From the NCBI GenBank assembly GCA_027491735.1, contig JAOZGP010000006.1, positions 57,066 to 121,065 on the forward strand: a stretch of DNA of 64,000 bases, given 5' to 3'. Within the stretch, counting starts at the first letter, position 1. Every line of letters starts with the position of its first letter. This document shows, piece after piece, positions 53,260 to 63,719 of this stretch. Source of the stretch: Thermoproteota archaeon (GTDB taxonomy: Archaea; Korarchaeota; Korarchaeia; Korarchaeales; Korarchaeaceae). The notes below the pieces were generated by a model that was given only the letters and a program-made list of their open reading frames with translations, ran no database searches and was not told the DNA's origin. The position numbers and the translations under genes are program-made.

Positions 53260-54561
53260 TCAATCATAGGTAAGGTTGATGATCCCACACGCCTCGTCGA
53301 CGCAGATCCTATATGTCCCCGGCGATAACGGTCCTATGGTCATTTTAGCAGTGAGCACACCAAGGCACTCCACACAGAACTCTGAGGTTGAGACCACACC
53401 CAACTCAATTGTCACAAATCTCTCGGAGATCCTGTATCCCTTCAAATAGAACTGAGCGCAGGGATTCGAGGCACCTTGTCTGTAGACCGCGATCACCCTG
53501 TCTCCCTCCGCCCTCAGACTCAGGTCAGCCCCCTCAAGGAACCCACATCCTCCGCTGGTGCTGTTGAGAAAAACACTGACTTTCTCGCTCCAATTACCTG
53601 ATCCACTGGACCAGGTCAGAGACTCCACACCTACAGCACCTCCCTCCTTGACGGCTTTCACCACCTCATCGAGGATGTCACTCGAGGCGAACCTCTCGGC
53701 TGCCTTCTTTGTCATGTACCTGTCGGACCCCGCTATGACGACAACCAGAGATCCCATGCCCCATGTGGTTGAGTAAATCAACCAACGCCTTGAATTGCTG
53801 AGCGATGATGAGAGATTTCCTAGGATGGGAATCACAAACTTGCCTGTCTCAGGAGCGAGCTGACCTCCGAGGAATATCACGACCCTGTAGTTGATGGCCT
53901 CGGGGAGAGCCTCCATTCTCCAGCCGAGGTAATCAACGGGGATCCCTCTCTCCTTCAGAGCATCCCTCACGACTCCCAAAGAGAGGTTGGCATCTATCTC
54001 ATTGGCTATAACAGCAACTTTGTTCACTTCCAGTCTGACAAAGGACGCAGGAGAGGAACTGCACCTCAGCACGTTGATCTTAACCCGCACTCCCTTCTCG
54101 GTGTACTCCCAGTCAGCGATGGGAGTTGGAGGGACGTAGTTGTTCTGACTCCCACTCTCTTTAACGATGTTTTTTGGATTTAAGAGGCCGGACAAAAGAG
54201 ATTCAGCGAATTTGAGTGAGGAAAAATCGAGTTTGGAGGTTGTCTCCACCAGAAGCAATGTGTAATTGCGTCCGGGGATCACGTAGGCCCTTAGAGGAAT
54301 GCGGTTGGAGAACCTTCCTATCTCAATGAAAACAGCTCTTAATCTCTTGTAAGAGGGGTAATAAGGAGAGAAGCTGAAGATTCCAACCCTGAACTTATCG
54401 GCTACTCCAGATCTCCTCAAGTAATCGAGGATCTCCTGTTCCGTGGTCGCCTGTCTGTAGATGGCGCCCACGTACCCACCGGTGGGGGGACATGAGGCTA
54501 CCCTCGCCAGAGGGGTAAGCAGCAGCATCACGAGGGGGAGGACGAGGAGGGATGACCTCAT
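53260..54561 (-). CDS. Secreted/surface protein with S-layer/CWB2-like domain and Cys-containing C-terminal beta domain
   Basis: Signal peptide; ANEID, LGGQLAP, IAGSDRYMT; C-terminal NPC...CVECLG. Confidence 0.65.
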   Translation of the reverse strand: MRSSLLVLPLVMLLLTPLARVASCPPTGGYVGAIYRQATTEQEILDYLRRSGVADKFRVGIFSFSPYYPSYKRLRAVFIEIGRFSNRIPLRAYVIPGRNYTLLLVETTSKLDFSSLKFAESLLSGLLNPKNIVKESGSQNNYVPPTPIADWEYTEKGVRVKINVLRCSSSPASFVRLEVNKVAVIANEIDANLSLGVVRDALKERGIPVDYLGWRMEALPEAINYRVVIFLGGQLAPETGKFVIPILGNLSSSLSNSRRWLIYSTTWGMGSLVVVIAGSDRYMTKKAAERFASSDILDEVVKAVKEGGAVGVESLTWSSGSGNWSEKVSVFLNSTSGGCGFLEGADLSLRAEGDRVIAVYRQGASNPCAQFYLKGYRISERFVTIELGVVSTSEFCVECLGVLTAKMTIGPLSPGTYRICVDEACGIINLTYD

Positions 54562-54711
54562 ATGACCTCAACGTCATCTCTATTTAATGCGCTTAAATAA
54601 ACCTTTTCCATAAGCTTCGATTAGCATCGAACTTGACATCCCCTCGTCACGCTACATCAGGTTGATCGGAGCGGGGCTCATAATGTCAACTTCCGTCATT
54701 CTAAAACCATA

Positions 54712-54960
54712 GTGTCGGATCAGAGCGGCGACTACATATGCCACAGAGGGGTTAGAGAGACTTGGGGTTACATGGGTCCGCACCTAGATGTCGGCAGGTT
54801 CAGGCGCTTCCATGTACCGGAGAGCTGGACGATAATAGATAGGTACTTCTTCGGCAGGCCTGTAAAGATAGAAGGAAAGCTTGACAGGGAGCTCGAGCGA
54901 AGGCTCTGGGAAAGAGTAGAATGGTACAAGAAGATGGGGTATAAGGTTGAGATTCTATAA
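54712..54960 (+). CDS. Hypothetical small protein or gene fragment at the island edge
   Basis: Coding-like composition; no family recognised. Confidence 0.4.
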   Translation: MSDQSGDYICHRGVRETWGYMGPHLDVGRFRRFHVPESWTIIDRYFFGRPVKIEGKLDRELERRLWERVEWYKKMGYKVEIL

Positions 54961-55050
54961 AAAAGGGAAAGAACACTGTTCAGGATAAGAAAACAAGGTT
55001 ATAATCATCTCTAGATAAAATTCTAAATGCAAAGGGGTTGATTGGGCATC

Positions 55051-57255
55051 ATGAAAAGAGAGGAAGTTCTGAGAATAATCCCTCCGAAGCTCGTGCTTGA
55101 TCATTACTGGGAAGTATTTGATCTAATAGCCTGGGGATTGAGGGTTGTTCAGCCGGAGAGGAGGGAGCATTTTAGTCTCGAAGATGTTACTGGTTATTTT
55201 TCGAAAAAGCTACAAGAAATTGATAATCCGATAGTTAAAAGGTTATATTTTAGAGCTCTGATCTGCTCAAAGGCTTTGTTAGATGAGCTTGTGAGCTTGG
55301 GTCTGTTAGTTAAGGAAAACGATATGCTTCGTAAGTCTAACGAATACTCTATAATATATCGAGTATTGAAGTTTGGAATTAGGAGTAGTTGCCGAAGACT
55401 GGTCGCATGGGCGGTTTACTACCTTTACCATAAGGGAATTACGAAGTTTTCGATCAGAGAACTCCTTTCTGAACTTTCCTATAGCAATGAGGAGTATAGA
55501 GCAGAGTTACCATATCTCTATGTTTGGAAGAATGGGGTATGGACAAGGCTTCTAGAAAAGCAAGGGAATACGTGGATACTGATAGCGGAGCCTTACTACC
55601 CGAGTAAACCCCTCCTCTTACTTGACATGCCATGCAGACTGTCTCTAGCTATTTCTGAGCTAGCAAAGAGTAAAAAGGAGTTCTCTGAATGGGAAATCCT
55701 TATTAAACTACGTGAAATGGAGGCTAGAAGTCTAGAACGGATACTTAAAAGGCTTAAAATGAGGCAAGATGACAATAGGTGGATTATCGATGAGCAAACT
55801 ATAGCCAACATAAGAAAACTTCTCTTAGAGGCGGAACTCCCAATGACGTGGCCATTTTACGGCGTGTTAATAGTGAAGAGTTCCTACTTTAAGCTTTTAG
55901 GTAGTCAATCTCGCACTCTATACGTGGATGTGCCTAACTCGATCATATCGGAGTTCTTAGACAGGCTTGAAGTATCATGTAAACAATACGAGAATGACTT
56001 AGATGAGATGACAAAACAAGCAAAGAACTTAGTCGAAGAATACAACAAGGTACTCAAACGTGAGCTAGGTCCATGGCTGAAGTTAAATATCAGGAGGGTC
56101 GCTTTTCTAGGCAGACCTTTTGGAGTAAAGATGTCTCTAGAATGGGAAGAGTTCTTTTCCTTCTTAGAGGAGTTTTCCGGAAAAGACGTGCCGCTTCACG
56201 AGAAGTATAGATACATACTGTTCTGTCGGGCTCCTTCTCTACCGCTCGTAATGAGAGGTGATATGGGGAGGACGCAGGCTGCTGTTAAGGAGATGGTGAA
56301 GGAAGATGTGGATCGCATTCATGAAATCCTTATTGACTTTACAAGCTTCTTAGAGCACGTTAAGCGTAAATTGTTCAAAATAGCCCGACGAAGGAGAACT
56401 GTACCTTTAGAGCCGTCCGTTCTTCAATACCTCCCTGAGATGATATCTACGCTACGCGCATTAACTTCCCTAGTTGAAAATGGAACCATACCTGCCTGCT
56501 ACAGGGAGTTGAGGAAGGTTTTAGAAAATCTGGCGTGGATGATCTTTGACGATATCCTATTTTTCAAAACAGTCCACATGAGTGGAAGACAAGGCCATGA
56601 TATACCGATTTCTCCTTACACCCTCGTTATGAAGGAGTGGTATGAATGGTCCGTGCAAAGGGATCTAACGCTAAGACATCTGGGAGAGCTAAAAAAGTCT
56701 ATTAAATCTCTCGTTAAGACTATTCATGCGCTCGGAATGACGAAAGGATACATGTGGAAAGAGAAGGACATAGAAGAAGCTATCTTCAGCAACCTCTCGG
56801 TCTCTTTATACTTGTTTCTTGTAGGTAAAGAGGCTGTGATTCCAAAGAGGTTGGAAGGCTTCGTTCCAATCTACAAAAAGGAACTACTGACTCCGTTGAT
56901 CGAGGAAAATCTCAGATTCATCATTAAGAGCTTGAAGAGCAAACGTCTCTCCGATTCCGATGAATACCTGATTAGGGAGATCACAGAAATCGCTCTAAAA
57001 GAGACACCTAAAGAGGTTATCGCACCGTATCCGTCAAACGAATTCGTCCTCGGATATGTGGATAAGATCTTTCACAGCAAACTATTAAAGAAGTACAAGG
57101 AATATAGCCACTTCGTCCACTCTTACTTCACTTCATGGCACATATTTCCATTCTCCTCGGTTTTGGAGTTTAAAGTCTTCAAGTACGAGCTTGAAATGTT
57201 TTCTCAAATAGTGCATGATCTCATTAACAACTACGTTAACATGCTCTTTGGGTAG
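55051..57255 (+). CDS. Large hypothetical protein with a C-terminal HEPN-like domain
   Basis: ACYRELRKVLE and YKEYSHFVH resemble the R...E / Y-x2-x-S-x2-V-H pattern of DUF5677-type HEPN folds; AT-richer than the host. Confidence 0.55.
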   Translation: MKREEVLRIIPPKLVLDHYWEVFDLIAWGLRVVQPERREHFSLEDVTGYFSKKLQEIDNPIVKRLYFRALICSKALLDELVSLGLLVKENDMLRKSNEYSIIYRVLKFGIRSSCRRLVAWAVYYLYHKGITKFSIRELLSELSYSNEEYRAELPYLYVWKNGVWTRLLEKQGNTWILIAEPYYPSKPLLLLDMPCRLSLAISELAKSKKEFSEWEILIKLREMEARSLERILKRLKMRQDDNRWIIDEQTIANIRKLLLEAELPMTWPFYGVLIVKSSYFKLLGSQSRTLYVDVPNSIISEFLDRLEVSCKQYENDLDEMTKQAKNLVEEYNKVLKRELGPWLKLNIRRVAFLGRPFGVKMSLEWEEFFSFLEEFSGKDVPLHEKYRYILFCRAPSLPLVMRGDMGRTQAAVKEMVKEDVDRIHEILIDFTSFLEHVKRKLFKIARRRRTVPLEPSVLQYLPEMISTLRALTSLVENGTIPACYRELRKVLENLAWMIFDDILFFKTVHMSGRQGHDIPISPYTLVMKEWYEWSVQRDLTLRHLGELKKSIKSLVKTIHALGMTKGYMWKEKDIEEAIFSNLSVSLYLFLVGKEAVIPKRLEGFVPIYKKELLTPLIEENLRFIIKSLKSKRLSDSDEYLIREITEIALKETPKEVIAPYPSNEFVLGYVDKIFHSKLLKKYKEYSHFVHSYFTSWHIFPFSSVLEFKVFKYELEMFSQIVHDLINNYVNMLFG

Positions 57256-57319
57256 GCTCTATCGGAATAACTCCTTCGTTCTCTCTTTAAAAGCCTACCG
57301 GAATAATTAAAATGCCGAT

Positions 57320-58351
57320 ATGCGTGAAAGCGGGCTCTTCGACTACGGAAACGGGATAATCCGCGACGAGGCTGTCCTACTTGAGACGTTCATACCTCGT
57401 AGGCTGTTCCACAGGGAGGGTCAATTGGAGGCGCTTGCCTCCTGCCTAAGGCCAGTAGTCAAGGGGAGGAGGCCCAGAAACGCTTTTCTCTACGGACCAC
57501 CGGGTACGGGTAAGACCGCGATGTGCCTCTACGTGTTCAGGGAGCTTTCAAAGTACACCGGTATGGCTAAGCCGATCTACGTTAACTGCTGGAAGAGCCC
57601 GACCGTGCACTCGATGCTCTGCGAGCTCGTAGCGTCGCTCAAGCGTTTTGTCCACAGGAGGGAGCCTGTCAAGGAGCTTTTGCTGAGGTTCAAGGCTGAG
57701 CTCAAGGAAGGAGTTTTAGTCATAGTAGCCCTCGATGAAATAGACCAGCTCAGGGATCAAAGGATACTCTACGATCTGTTAAGAAACGGCTGCGGACTGG
57801 TGTGTATAGCCAACGACGAGAAAGCGTTGATGAACCTCGATCCGAGAATCAGGTCGTCGCTCCAGGTGGAGGAGATAGCGTTCCCGGCCTACAGGGATTG
57901 GGAGCTCTTCGACATTCTGTGGGACAGAGCCAAACTCGCGCTGATGCCGGATACCATTGAGAGGAGGCAGGTTAGGAAGATAGCCTCCTTTAGCGGCGAC
58001 GATGCTAGGGTGGGGCTTGAAATAATGAGGAGGGCGGCCCTTCTAGCGGAGGATGAGGGAAAGGAGAGGATAGAGGATAAGCACATAAAGCGTGCTTAGG
58101 AGCAAGCTAGGTTCTTGAGAAAGGATAGGCTGCTGGAGAAGCTCAACGAACATGAGAGACTTCTATGCCGACTCGTGGAGGACTACGGAGAGATAGCTTC
58201 AGGAGAACTCTACAAGGCATATCGTTCACGGGTAGAGTCGCCCGTCACGGAAAGAGCGTACAGGAAGTACATGGAGCACCTAGTCAAGCTGGGACTGGTA
58301 AAGGCCAAGGGAGAGGGAAGATGGAGGAAGTATTATTCAAGAGGTCAATAA
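57320..58351 (+). pseudogene. cdc6: Orc1/Cdc6 replication initiator interrupted by one in-frame TAG
   Basis: LFHREGQ, GPPGTGKT, YVNC, LDEID, GDDAR. TAG at 58097-58099, then an in-frame wHTH (SGELY...TERAYRKYMEHLVKLGLV...GRWR). Confidence 0.88.
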
Positions 58352-58364
58352 AGCTAGACCTCCC

Positions 58365-61016
58365 TTATTCTTCCTCCTCTTCTAATATACTTGCTCCGAT
58401 CTGTTTTAGAGTCTCCTTAACAACGTTTTCTAAGATATTTCTATCGATCCCCCTCTCAGACTTTGCATCTATTTTTACCTCTAGCGATATCTGAACTCCT
58501 TCTCGGCTTAACGGCCTGAAGACACCGCGCACAACATCCGATAGCTTATCCCAAGGGATAGTAGCCCTTACTGAGTATCTTCTTACAGGTCCTCGAATAG
58601 GTATCAGTGGCCCTGGGCCTTCTAAACCTGCTTCTTCAGGTCTCTCTTCAGGGCCTCGCGGCTTCTCTTTGACTTCTCTCAGCTCTTCCTCCTTCATTTT
58701 CTGCGCTGTTTCCTTTCTGACAATTATCGCATCGCCTGTTATATCGGCAGGGCTGATATCCTCTAGGTATTTGATCTTCTCGTCGATTAAAAGGCCAAAG
58801 ATCCCGTTCTTGACTCCCTGTACGACTGCATTTTTAAGGACTGATTCGCTTTCCAACATAGGGAGGCCTGGAAACTTTAAGAAGGCTTCCCAAATTTCAT
58901 CTACGCTCTTGCGTTCATCCTCTTTTGCAAAGGCTTTTTCTAACAACACTTTGGGAGATATTTTGTTCAATAGGGCCTCCTGATCCTTAAGGTATTCTTT
59001 TACTCTCTTAGCTAGATCGGGTCTCTCTCCGAGTGTAGGTATACCTAAGTTAAACTCCTTGAAGCCGTCCTTCGAAGCTTTAGCCATGTACCTATAGGTC
59101 GAGAGAATCTTTGTCCAAAGGGAGGCATTAGCATCTTTTAGCTTTTGGACTACACGAGACTTGTCCTCATCTGTTAACCTCTTCATGGCATCCTTATCCG
59201 TTTTTATAGCATTTAACGCTAAGAAGCGACGGGTCATCCCCTCCAGCCCCTCATACTCGTTCGGATCTACCAGAAGGAATATCAACGTATTCTTGCACAC
59301 CCTGAAACCCTCAGAGTATCTATCAATCATCTCCTGGACGAATTTTCTGGCTTTTTCGGTACCAGCCATCATATCTGGAGAGAGTATAATGAGCTTAAGC
59401 TTCCTACTATCTGGGACGTCGCTAGTTGACTTAGGCCATATGAAGACTTCGAAATCCTTACCCGCTATCCTCTCTACTCGTCTTCTGATCTCTTTCTCGA
59501 TCTCTTCCTCCCTTATTATCTCCTCCTTATCCACTATGACCCTGTTGAGGCTTACTACGTTGCTGAAATAGTAGAGATCATTCTTTTCATCGTGATGAAG
59601 GAACCACAGCTCATCTTCAAGCCTCCTAAGAGCATCTCCTATAATTGGCGGAGGTATTTCCTCCCTTAGCAAGGCAATCCTGAGCCTCTGCGTCGTGACC
59701 CCTCTTCTCTCGCCGCCACTAAACGAATAGAAGAATATGGAAGTCGCCAGGCCAGTGGCAATATTAAACCTAGAATACTCGGTTCCCATAGCCCTATCCA
59801 TCCTAGCCGCCTTCGCCGCACTCCCGACTATATCTGAAGCGATTACCGACTCGAATACCTCGCCTATGTGCTCGATGAACATCCTCCTTATCTTGGGGTT
59901 GCCTAAGTTTATATGTGCTGGCTGAATCAGAGGTGATGGATATTGCCTCACATAGAGGTCTGAAACCACCTCTGCAAGAAGCCTAAGTACGCCCCTCGTT
60001 CTCTGGAATGTCGGAATACTCCCCCATCTCTCAAATAGAATATCTATAAGCTCTGGGTGGAAAGGATAGGCTTTCTCGATTCTTTCCCTGTAATGGGGTT
60101 CACAAACGTCATGCGGCACTTCTTCTCCCAGCTTTTGGTAAAGGTCGAAGTATTTTCTTGCAACAAGCTTTCTAATTCTCTTCTCGCCTAAATCCTCAAA
60201 GAGACGCTTTCTCAAGATCTGGTAGAGCTCTTCCCCCTCAACAGGGGTATAGATTACCTGCATCCTCCCGAAGATCCTTTGTAGCTGGCTTAGTACCCTT
60301 TCCCCCCTCTCGCCGTAAGGCGCGCTTGAGGGTAACGTGCAGACAAGTGCACACTGCTTAGATGCCTTTATGGCTTCAGTTAGCTCCTGGCAGAAGGCGA
60401 AGATCTGGTCCTCGAATTCTCTAGCTTTAACAGTATACTCAGCGAGCTCATCTATTAATATGAGCAGGGGCTTACGCCTCTCGATGATCTCCTCTATTAT
60501 CTCCCTTCCGGGGGTTATCCTCCTCTTGTCATGTTCTTCCACGAGTTCGTATAGCCCTAGCTGCTCAGCTATCTCGCCCCATGGCGTCTTTCCTTTTAGG
60601 GGGTCTGGTACTGTGCCCACGAAGACTGCAAGGTTCATCTTAGGTATGCCATTTAACCCTGCCTCTTCTAGGAGTTTCCTTACTTCTTCGGAACGTAATA
60701 CCTGTTCGCCGTGCTTAGCGAGATGATAAAGGGCTACTAGAGCGTGAGTTTTACCCCCTCCGAACGGAGTTTGGATCTGTATGATCTTACTCCTCTCCTT
60801 GCCGGATAGCGAGAGAAGAACATCCCTGATTATGTTCTTTAACCCCTTGGTTACGTGAGTTCTCTGAAAGAATATCCCAGCATCTACATACTCTATAGAA
60901 GCCTCTCCCTTCAGGATGCTATTAAGATCTGCTGCAAAGTCGCTTATCTTACCTTCCCTTATGTCTCTGTGAGGAACCGCAACCTGCCACCACGGCTGCA
61001 TGCTCAACTCGTTCAC
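58365..61016 (-). CDS. DUF499 AAA+ ATPase (restriction-like / BREX-related defence)
   Basis: PHRDIREG, FAADL, QTPFGGGKTH, LIDE, YPFHPEL, FQRTRGVLRLLA. Confidence 0.92.
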   Translation of the reverse strand: MNELSMQPWWQVAVPHRDIREGKISDFAADLNSILKGEASIEYVDAGIFFQRTHVTKGLKNIIRDVLLSLSGKERSKIIQIQTPFGGGKTHALVALYHLAKHGEQVLRSEEVRKLLEEAGLNGIPKMNLAVFVGTVPDPLKGKTPWGEIAEQLGLYELVEEHDKRRITPGREIIEEIIERRKPLLILIDELAEYTVKAREFEDQIFAFCQELTEAIKASKQCALVCTLPSSAPYGERGERVLSQLQRIFGRMQVIYTPVEGEELYQILRKRLFEDLGEKRIRKLVARKYFDLYQKLGEEVPHDVCEPHYRERIEKAYPFHPELIDILFERWGSIPTFQRTRGVLRLLAEVVSDLYVRQYPSPLIQPAHINLGNPKIRRMFIEHIGEVFESVIASDIVGSAAKAARMDRAMGTEYSRFNIATGLATSIFFYSFSGGERRGVTTQRLRIALLREEIPPPIIGDALRRLEDELWFLHHDEKNDLYYFSNVVSLNRVIVDKEEIIREEEIEKEIRRRVERIAGKDFEVFIWPKSTSDVPDSRKLKLIILSPDMMAGTEKARKFVQEMIDRYSEGFRVCKNTLIFLLVDPNEYEGLEGMTRRFLALNAIKTDKDAMKRLTDEDKSRVVQKLKDANASLWTKILSTYRYMAKASKDGFKEFNLGIPTLGERPDLAKRVKEYLKDQEALLNKISPKVLLEKAFAKEDERKSVDEIWEAFLKFPGLPMLESESVLKNAVVQGVKNGIFGLLIDEKIKYLEDISPADITGDAIIVRKETAQKMKEEELREVKEKPRGPEERPEEAGLEGPGPLIPIRGPVRRYSVRATIPWDKLSDVVRGVFRPLSREGVQISLEVKIDAKSERGIDRNILENVVKETLKQIGASILEEEEE

Positions 61017-62362
61017 CTCTCCATAAATTCTAGGAGGCTAGGCTCCTTGGCTCTAGCCCCTTTCAAGTACTCCTCTTTACCATATAGGAAGCCCTGTATA
61101 AGTTGCTTCTCCTTATCCCCCTCTGGAAGCACTTCCGATATGGCTTGCGCCGTCCTCCAAAACATCTCGTTCCTCAAATATCCTGTTTCCTCTAAGAATT
61201 CTTTAATCTTATCCCTCTCCCCTCTAGACCAGAGAATTAACACATAGTGAAGAGCATCTATCATAGACGTTATTCTCCTTCGCCTCACGAAAACAGGGTC
61301 CTTAGCCCTCTCTAGAGGACCTAGAACTCTGACGAATTCCTTCTCCTTCTTCACGAGTTCTCCCTTATCCCATATCTCTGTGAGCTCAACTCCTAGTGGG
61401 CGGGAGATCTTTATAGCATCATCGAAGTGCACCTTGGCATTTCCGAAAGTCCATCTCCAGATAAGGTAGAAGCGGGTCACGTTGTCTACACTGCCAAGAT
61501 TCGGGCTTTTCAACACCCTCTCGAGCGCATATTCGCTAACAATTCTCCTTACGTATTCGAGTAATTCTTGAACCGATACCTCTTCCCCTGAGAGTTTCTC
61601 CACGCGGGAATACCTTCCAAAGACCTCGACTGCAGGCCCTATGGCGCTGACGAAGAAGTCCGCACCACTTATGCCTTGTTCCCAGAACTGCTCAAGCTTC
61701 TCCCTAACTCTCTTCTCCAGCTCTTCTTTTATCTCGTTGAAATAGGCTGTTCTTTCCTTAACTCTCTTTCTGCATACCATGTAAACCGAAGATGCTAAAG
61801 CCGCACTTTCTTGAGCTCTAAGTCGTTCTCTCATCTCAGTGTGAATAGGCCATGAGGCGGTTAACACCAGACCTGAATTGAGGAGGCTATTGATTATAGC
61901 TTCCCAAGCGTCTGTAGATTTATGGGCAAAGACGATTACGGCTATGCCATCTGGCCTTAGAACTCTATAGATTTCTCTAAATGCTTTAGCTATCATTTTC
62001 TCGAAAAACTGCTTAGCTTCTTCCCAACTTTTGCTATGAGTATAAGCAACTATTTCCCTTGATTTCGGAGTTAAGGGGGTAGAGAATAAATCTGGATACA
62101 GGTCACCTATACACCTCTTAAGCCAAATATAGAAAAAGTCCGAAAGATACGAGTAAGGAACATTATCGTAATATGGAGGATCAGTAATTATGGCATCAAA
62201 GTAGTTGTCTGAAAAAGGGAGCTCGGTGGCTGAAGCTTGGGATATTTCAGGTGAATTTTTGGAACTTATTTTTGAGCAATTTTCTAGAACTTTAATTCCG
62301 AACTTGAGAATTTCCAACCAATCTCCTCTCGATCCTCCGAATGGGTTTACTTCTCCATAATG
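61013..62362 (-). pseudogene. DUF1156-type adenine DNA methyltransferase, 5'-truncated
   Basis: TDPPYYDNVPY, DFFYIWLKR, FAHKS, ALASS. Homology (YGEVNPF) stops near 62360; the N-terminal half with the SAM-binding motif is absent. Confidence 0.82.
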
Positions 62363-62735
62363 CCGGGAGGTATGAAACGGTTCTTCAGATGCAATTTAGA
62401 GATCATCGATGAGGTTTATGTAGATTCCTTAGAGACTCGTGCATATGTACAAAAACCAGACTTTTCTTTCCATTTAATAATCGAGCATGGCCGACTTCGA
62501 TGTAGAGAGCATAACTCTCGAGGATCTCGAGCGATATAAGGTCAGGCCGAACATCGACATCTACTGGCTGCCGGACAAGATATGCCTGTAGTATTACCGC
62601 GATTTGAGGCGCTGGGTGGGGCTGGCCGCTCTCTCCGCTAACCCGAGGAGAGCGATCGTCGATCAGGAGGTTTGAGAGGAGAAGATAGGGAGGAAGTTCG
62701 ATAAGGGCATCCAGTGGTACGGTGCCACGAAGCTC

Positions 62736-63719
62736 ATGAATCACCTCTCTTGGGAATCGCTGTTGGTCGTGGTCTACATTCACTCCAACCTTAGGAACGT
62801 GATATTTAAGATAGTGCCCGACGTGCCTCCTAAGCTCGCAGGCAAGCTCGAAGCTTTCGAGCAGCTCATAAAGAAGCACGACATCCAGAGGATGCTCTGG
62901 GAGATAGAGGAGAAGCACACCTTTCCCGGACACTTCTCGAGCAAGGCCAAGAAGGAGGAAGAGGACTACGTGCTCAAATGGGAGCGTAGACGTGAGGAGG
63001 TGGAGAGGGAGATAGAGCGCCACCTCAGGGCCTACTTCCTGATAGGCGACCACCTAAATGCCGCCGCTCTCTTCTTCTACGTGTTCTCAAATCCAACTGA
63101 GGACTGGAAAATAGCCTACAAGGCCGTGAAGGGTGCTGTGAAGGCGGCGAAGCTCTCGACGAGGTTCACGTTTGGAATAAAGGTCGAGGAGGTTGAGGAT
63201 AAGGAGCTCGTGATAAATCTGGTGCATCCCCTGCTTCCGATGGTTAAACGCTATTACGGTCTCACGCTAATGAGGAAGATAAGGGAGTTCCAGCCAACGA
63301 GGGAGGAGGCCATACTACTTCAGGGGATGATGACTAGGGCTATAGAGGCGCCCAGAGATCAGGTAGTCGAGGAGAGGATACACGTTCCCGGTATCGAGGT
63401 GAGCAGGAGAATTGGGAGGTGTATACTTCTAGGCCGAGTTGTGAGGAGCGTGATCAACCGCGAGGTAACCTCCACGAAGGTATACTTTCCGATTGACTTG
63501 CTCACGAGCTCTATGATAATAGCAGCCCATACTAGGCAGGGAAAGTCTACCTTGGCAGCCTACATAGCTAACGAGGCATGCAGGCTCGGCGTTAGGGTAG
63601 TAGCGATAGATCCCGAGGGGACGCTCCTCTCTTGTCTCGGGCCATTTCCTTACTACTTCCTTCCTGACTACTTCTCGAAGATTAGTCTTCTCATAGCTCC
63701 CCTCTCCCCTTGTATTTAA
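62736..63719 (+). pseudogene. HerA/VirB4-like (DUF87) P-loop ATPase fragment
   Basis: LLGRV...FPID, AHTRQGKST, VAIDPEG, then the reading frame degenerates. Confidence 0.6.

Noticed and set aside
54660-54690. tRNA-Met-like GAGCGGGGCTCATAA at the island edge (possible att site)
   Set aside because: No anticodon stem pairing, T-arm or acceptor stem.
58097-58099. Pyrrolysine/amber read-through in cdc6
   Set aside because: No pyl genes in view, and TAG ends several normal genes here; a nonsense mutation is simpler.
21762-63053. Many 60-260 aa ORFs antisense to or overlapping identified genes (e.g. 22912-23706, 37497-38144, 50619-51218, 62403-63053)
   Set aside because: Shadow frames of well-supported genes, with no motifs or start signals.
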